A model generated the notes under the pieces. The model made no database searches. It saw nothing but the letters and a program-made list of their open reading frames with translations, and was not told the DNA's origin. 64,000 nucleotides of DNA from a virus (lineage: Duplodnaviria > Caudoviricetes), in the IMG/VR virus record IMGVR_UViG_3300025924_000017, positions 128,001-192,000 of that record. One strand, written 5' to 3'. Shown in pieces: positions 63,588 through 64,000 of the stretch. Made by a program: the position numbers and the translations under genes. Position 1 is the first letter of the stretch; every line of letters starts with the position of its first letter.

Positions 63588-63788
63588 TCAGCGACCGTTC
63601 GACAGTGCGGAGGTGATGCGTTCCGGACAACCATCAGTCGGGCACTTGATCCACACGTAGTCGCCGTCGCGGGGATCGCGTACGACCTCACCTTCGCCAC
63701 GTTCGAAACGAACTTCACAGTGGCAATTCGTGCACTTACCCGTGTGCATGTAGTTCTCGGGCAATTTACCGGGGCGCGTAATCTTCAC
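63588..63788 (-). CDS. Zinc-ribbon small protein
   Basis: CTNC...CPTDGC. Confidence 0.6.
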   Translation of the reverse strand: MKITRPGKLPENYMHTGKCTNCHCEVRFERGEGEVVRDPRDGDYVWIKCPTDGCPERITSALSNGR

Positions 63789-63812
63789 GCCGTTCTTCCT
63801 TCTTTATTGATA

Positions 63813-63998
63813 TCAGCAGGCAATGGCGATCTCCGAACCGGCGAACATGACTTCGCTGCCTGTTAGGGCGGTGCGCTTCCAGACGAAATCCTCGACCGTG
63901 GACTTATTGAAGGGATTCATCCAACCGCGAGTGATCTTGACCTCGATCTCCAGCGTAGTCTTCGGACCAAGAAGCCCGTTGAGCAGCCAGCGCGGTTT
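63813..63998 (-). CDS. Partial hypothetical protein (start outside the window)
   Basis: Open frame from the window end: KPRWLLNG...IAIAC*. Confidence 0.5.
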   Translation of the reverse strand, partial: KPRWLLNGLLGPKTTLEIEVKITRGWMNPFNKSTVEDFVWKRTALTGSEVMFAGSEIAIAC

Positions 63999-64000
63999 GA

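Noticed and set aside
1-64000. Retron, DGR or other reverse-transcriptase system
   Set aside because: No ORF with RT motifs (YxDD in an RT context) and no template/variable repeat pair was seen

Overview
This 64 kb window is part of a large, GC-rich dsDNA phage with a probable alphaproteobacterial host (permuted tmRNA with an ANDN-type tag, DUF4170 gene, host-type NrdAB). It looks like the unintegrated form of a temperate phage: a single attP core (3' half of a tRNA-Pro CGG) lies inside phage sequence next to xis/int. Left to right: a spanin pair; a large primase-like protein; a minus-strand block of accessory genes (GHKL ATPase-zincin fusion, DEDD exonuclease, a second tyrosine recombinase); rIIA/rIIB; about 12 kb of small accessory genes (NADAR, ASCH, PlsC-like acyltransferase, PnuC-like, DUF4170); an RNA island at about 34.9-38.5 kb; xis-int-attP; and a replication and nucleotide module (SNF2 helicase, adenine MTase, T5 A1-like nuclease, T7-type PolA, Cas4-like nuclease, SSB-like protein, RecD-like helicase, dNMP kinase, ThyX, intein-containing NrdA, NrdB-glutaredoxin fusion, XRE repressor). 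The RNA island is the most interesting part. It holds tRNA-Cys, a free-standing LAGLIDADG gene with a structure-sequestered start codon, a two-piece tmRNA with a long folded intervening segment, about 1.6 kb of ORF-free and densely base-paired sequence (candidate giant ornate ncRNA), a MazG-like gene bracketed by duplicated T-loop hairpins, two atypical CAT tRNAs, and circularly permuted tRNA mimics with Y RNA (YrlA)-like topology. A palindrome, TGTCR-N7-YGACA, recurs at many promoters. All family assignments come from motif recognition by eye; no database searches were run.
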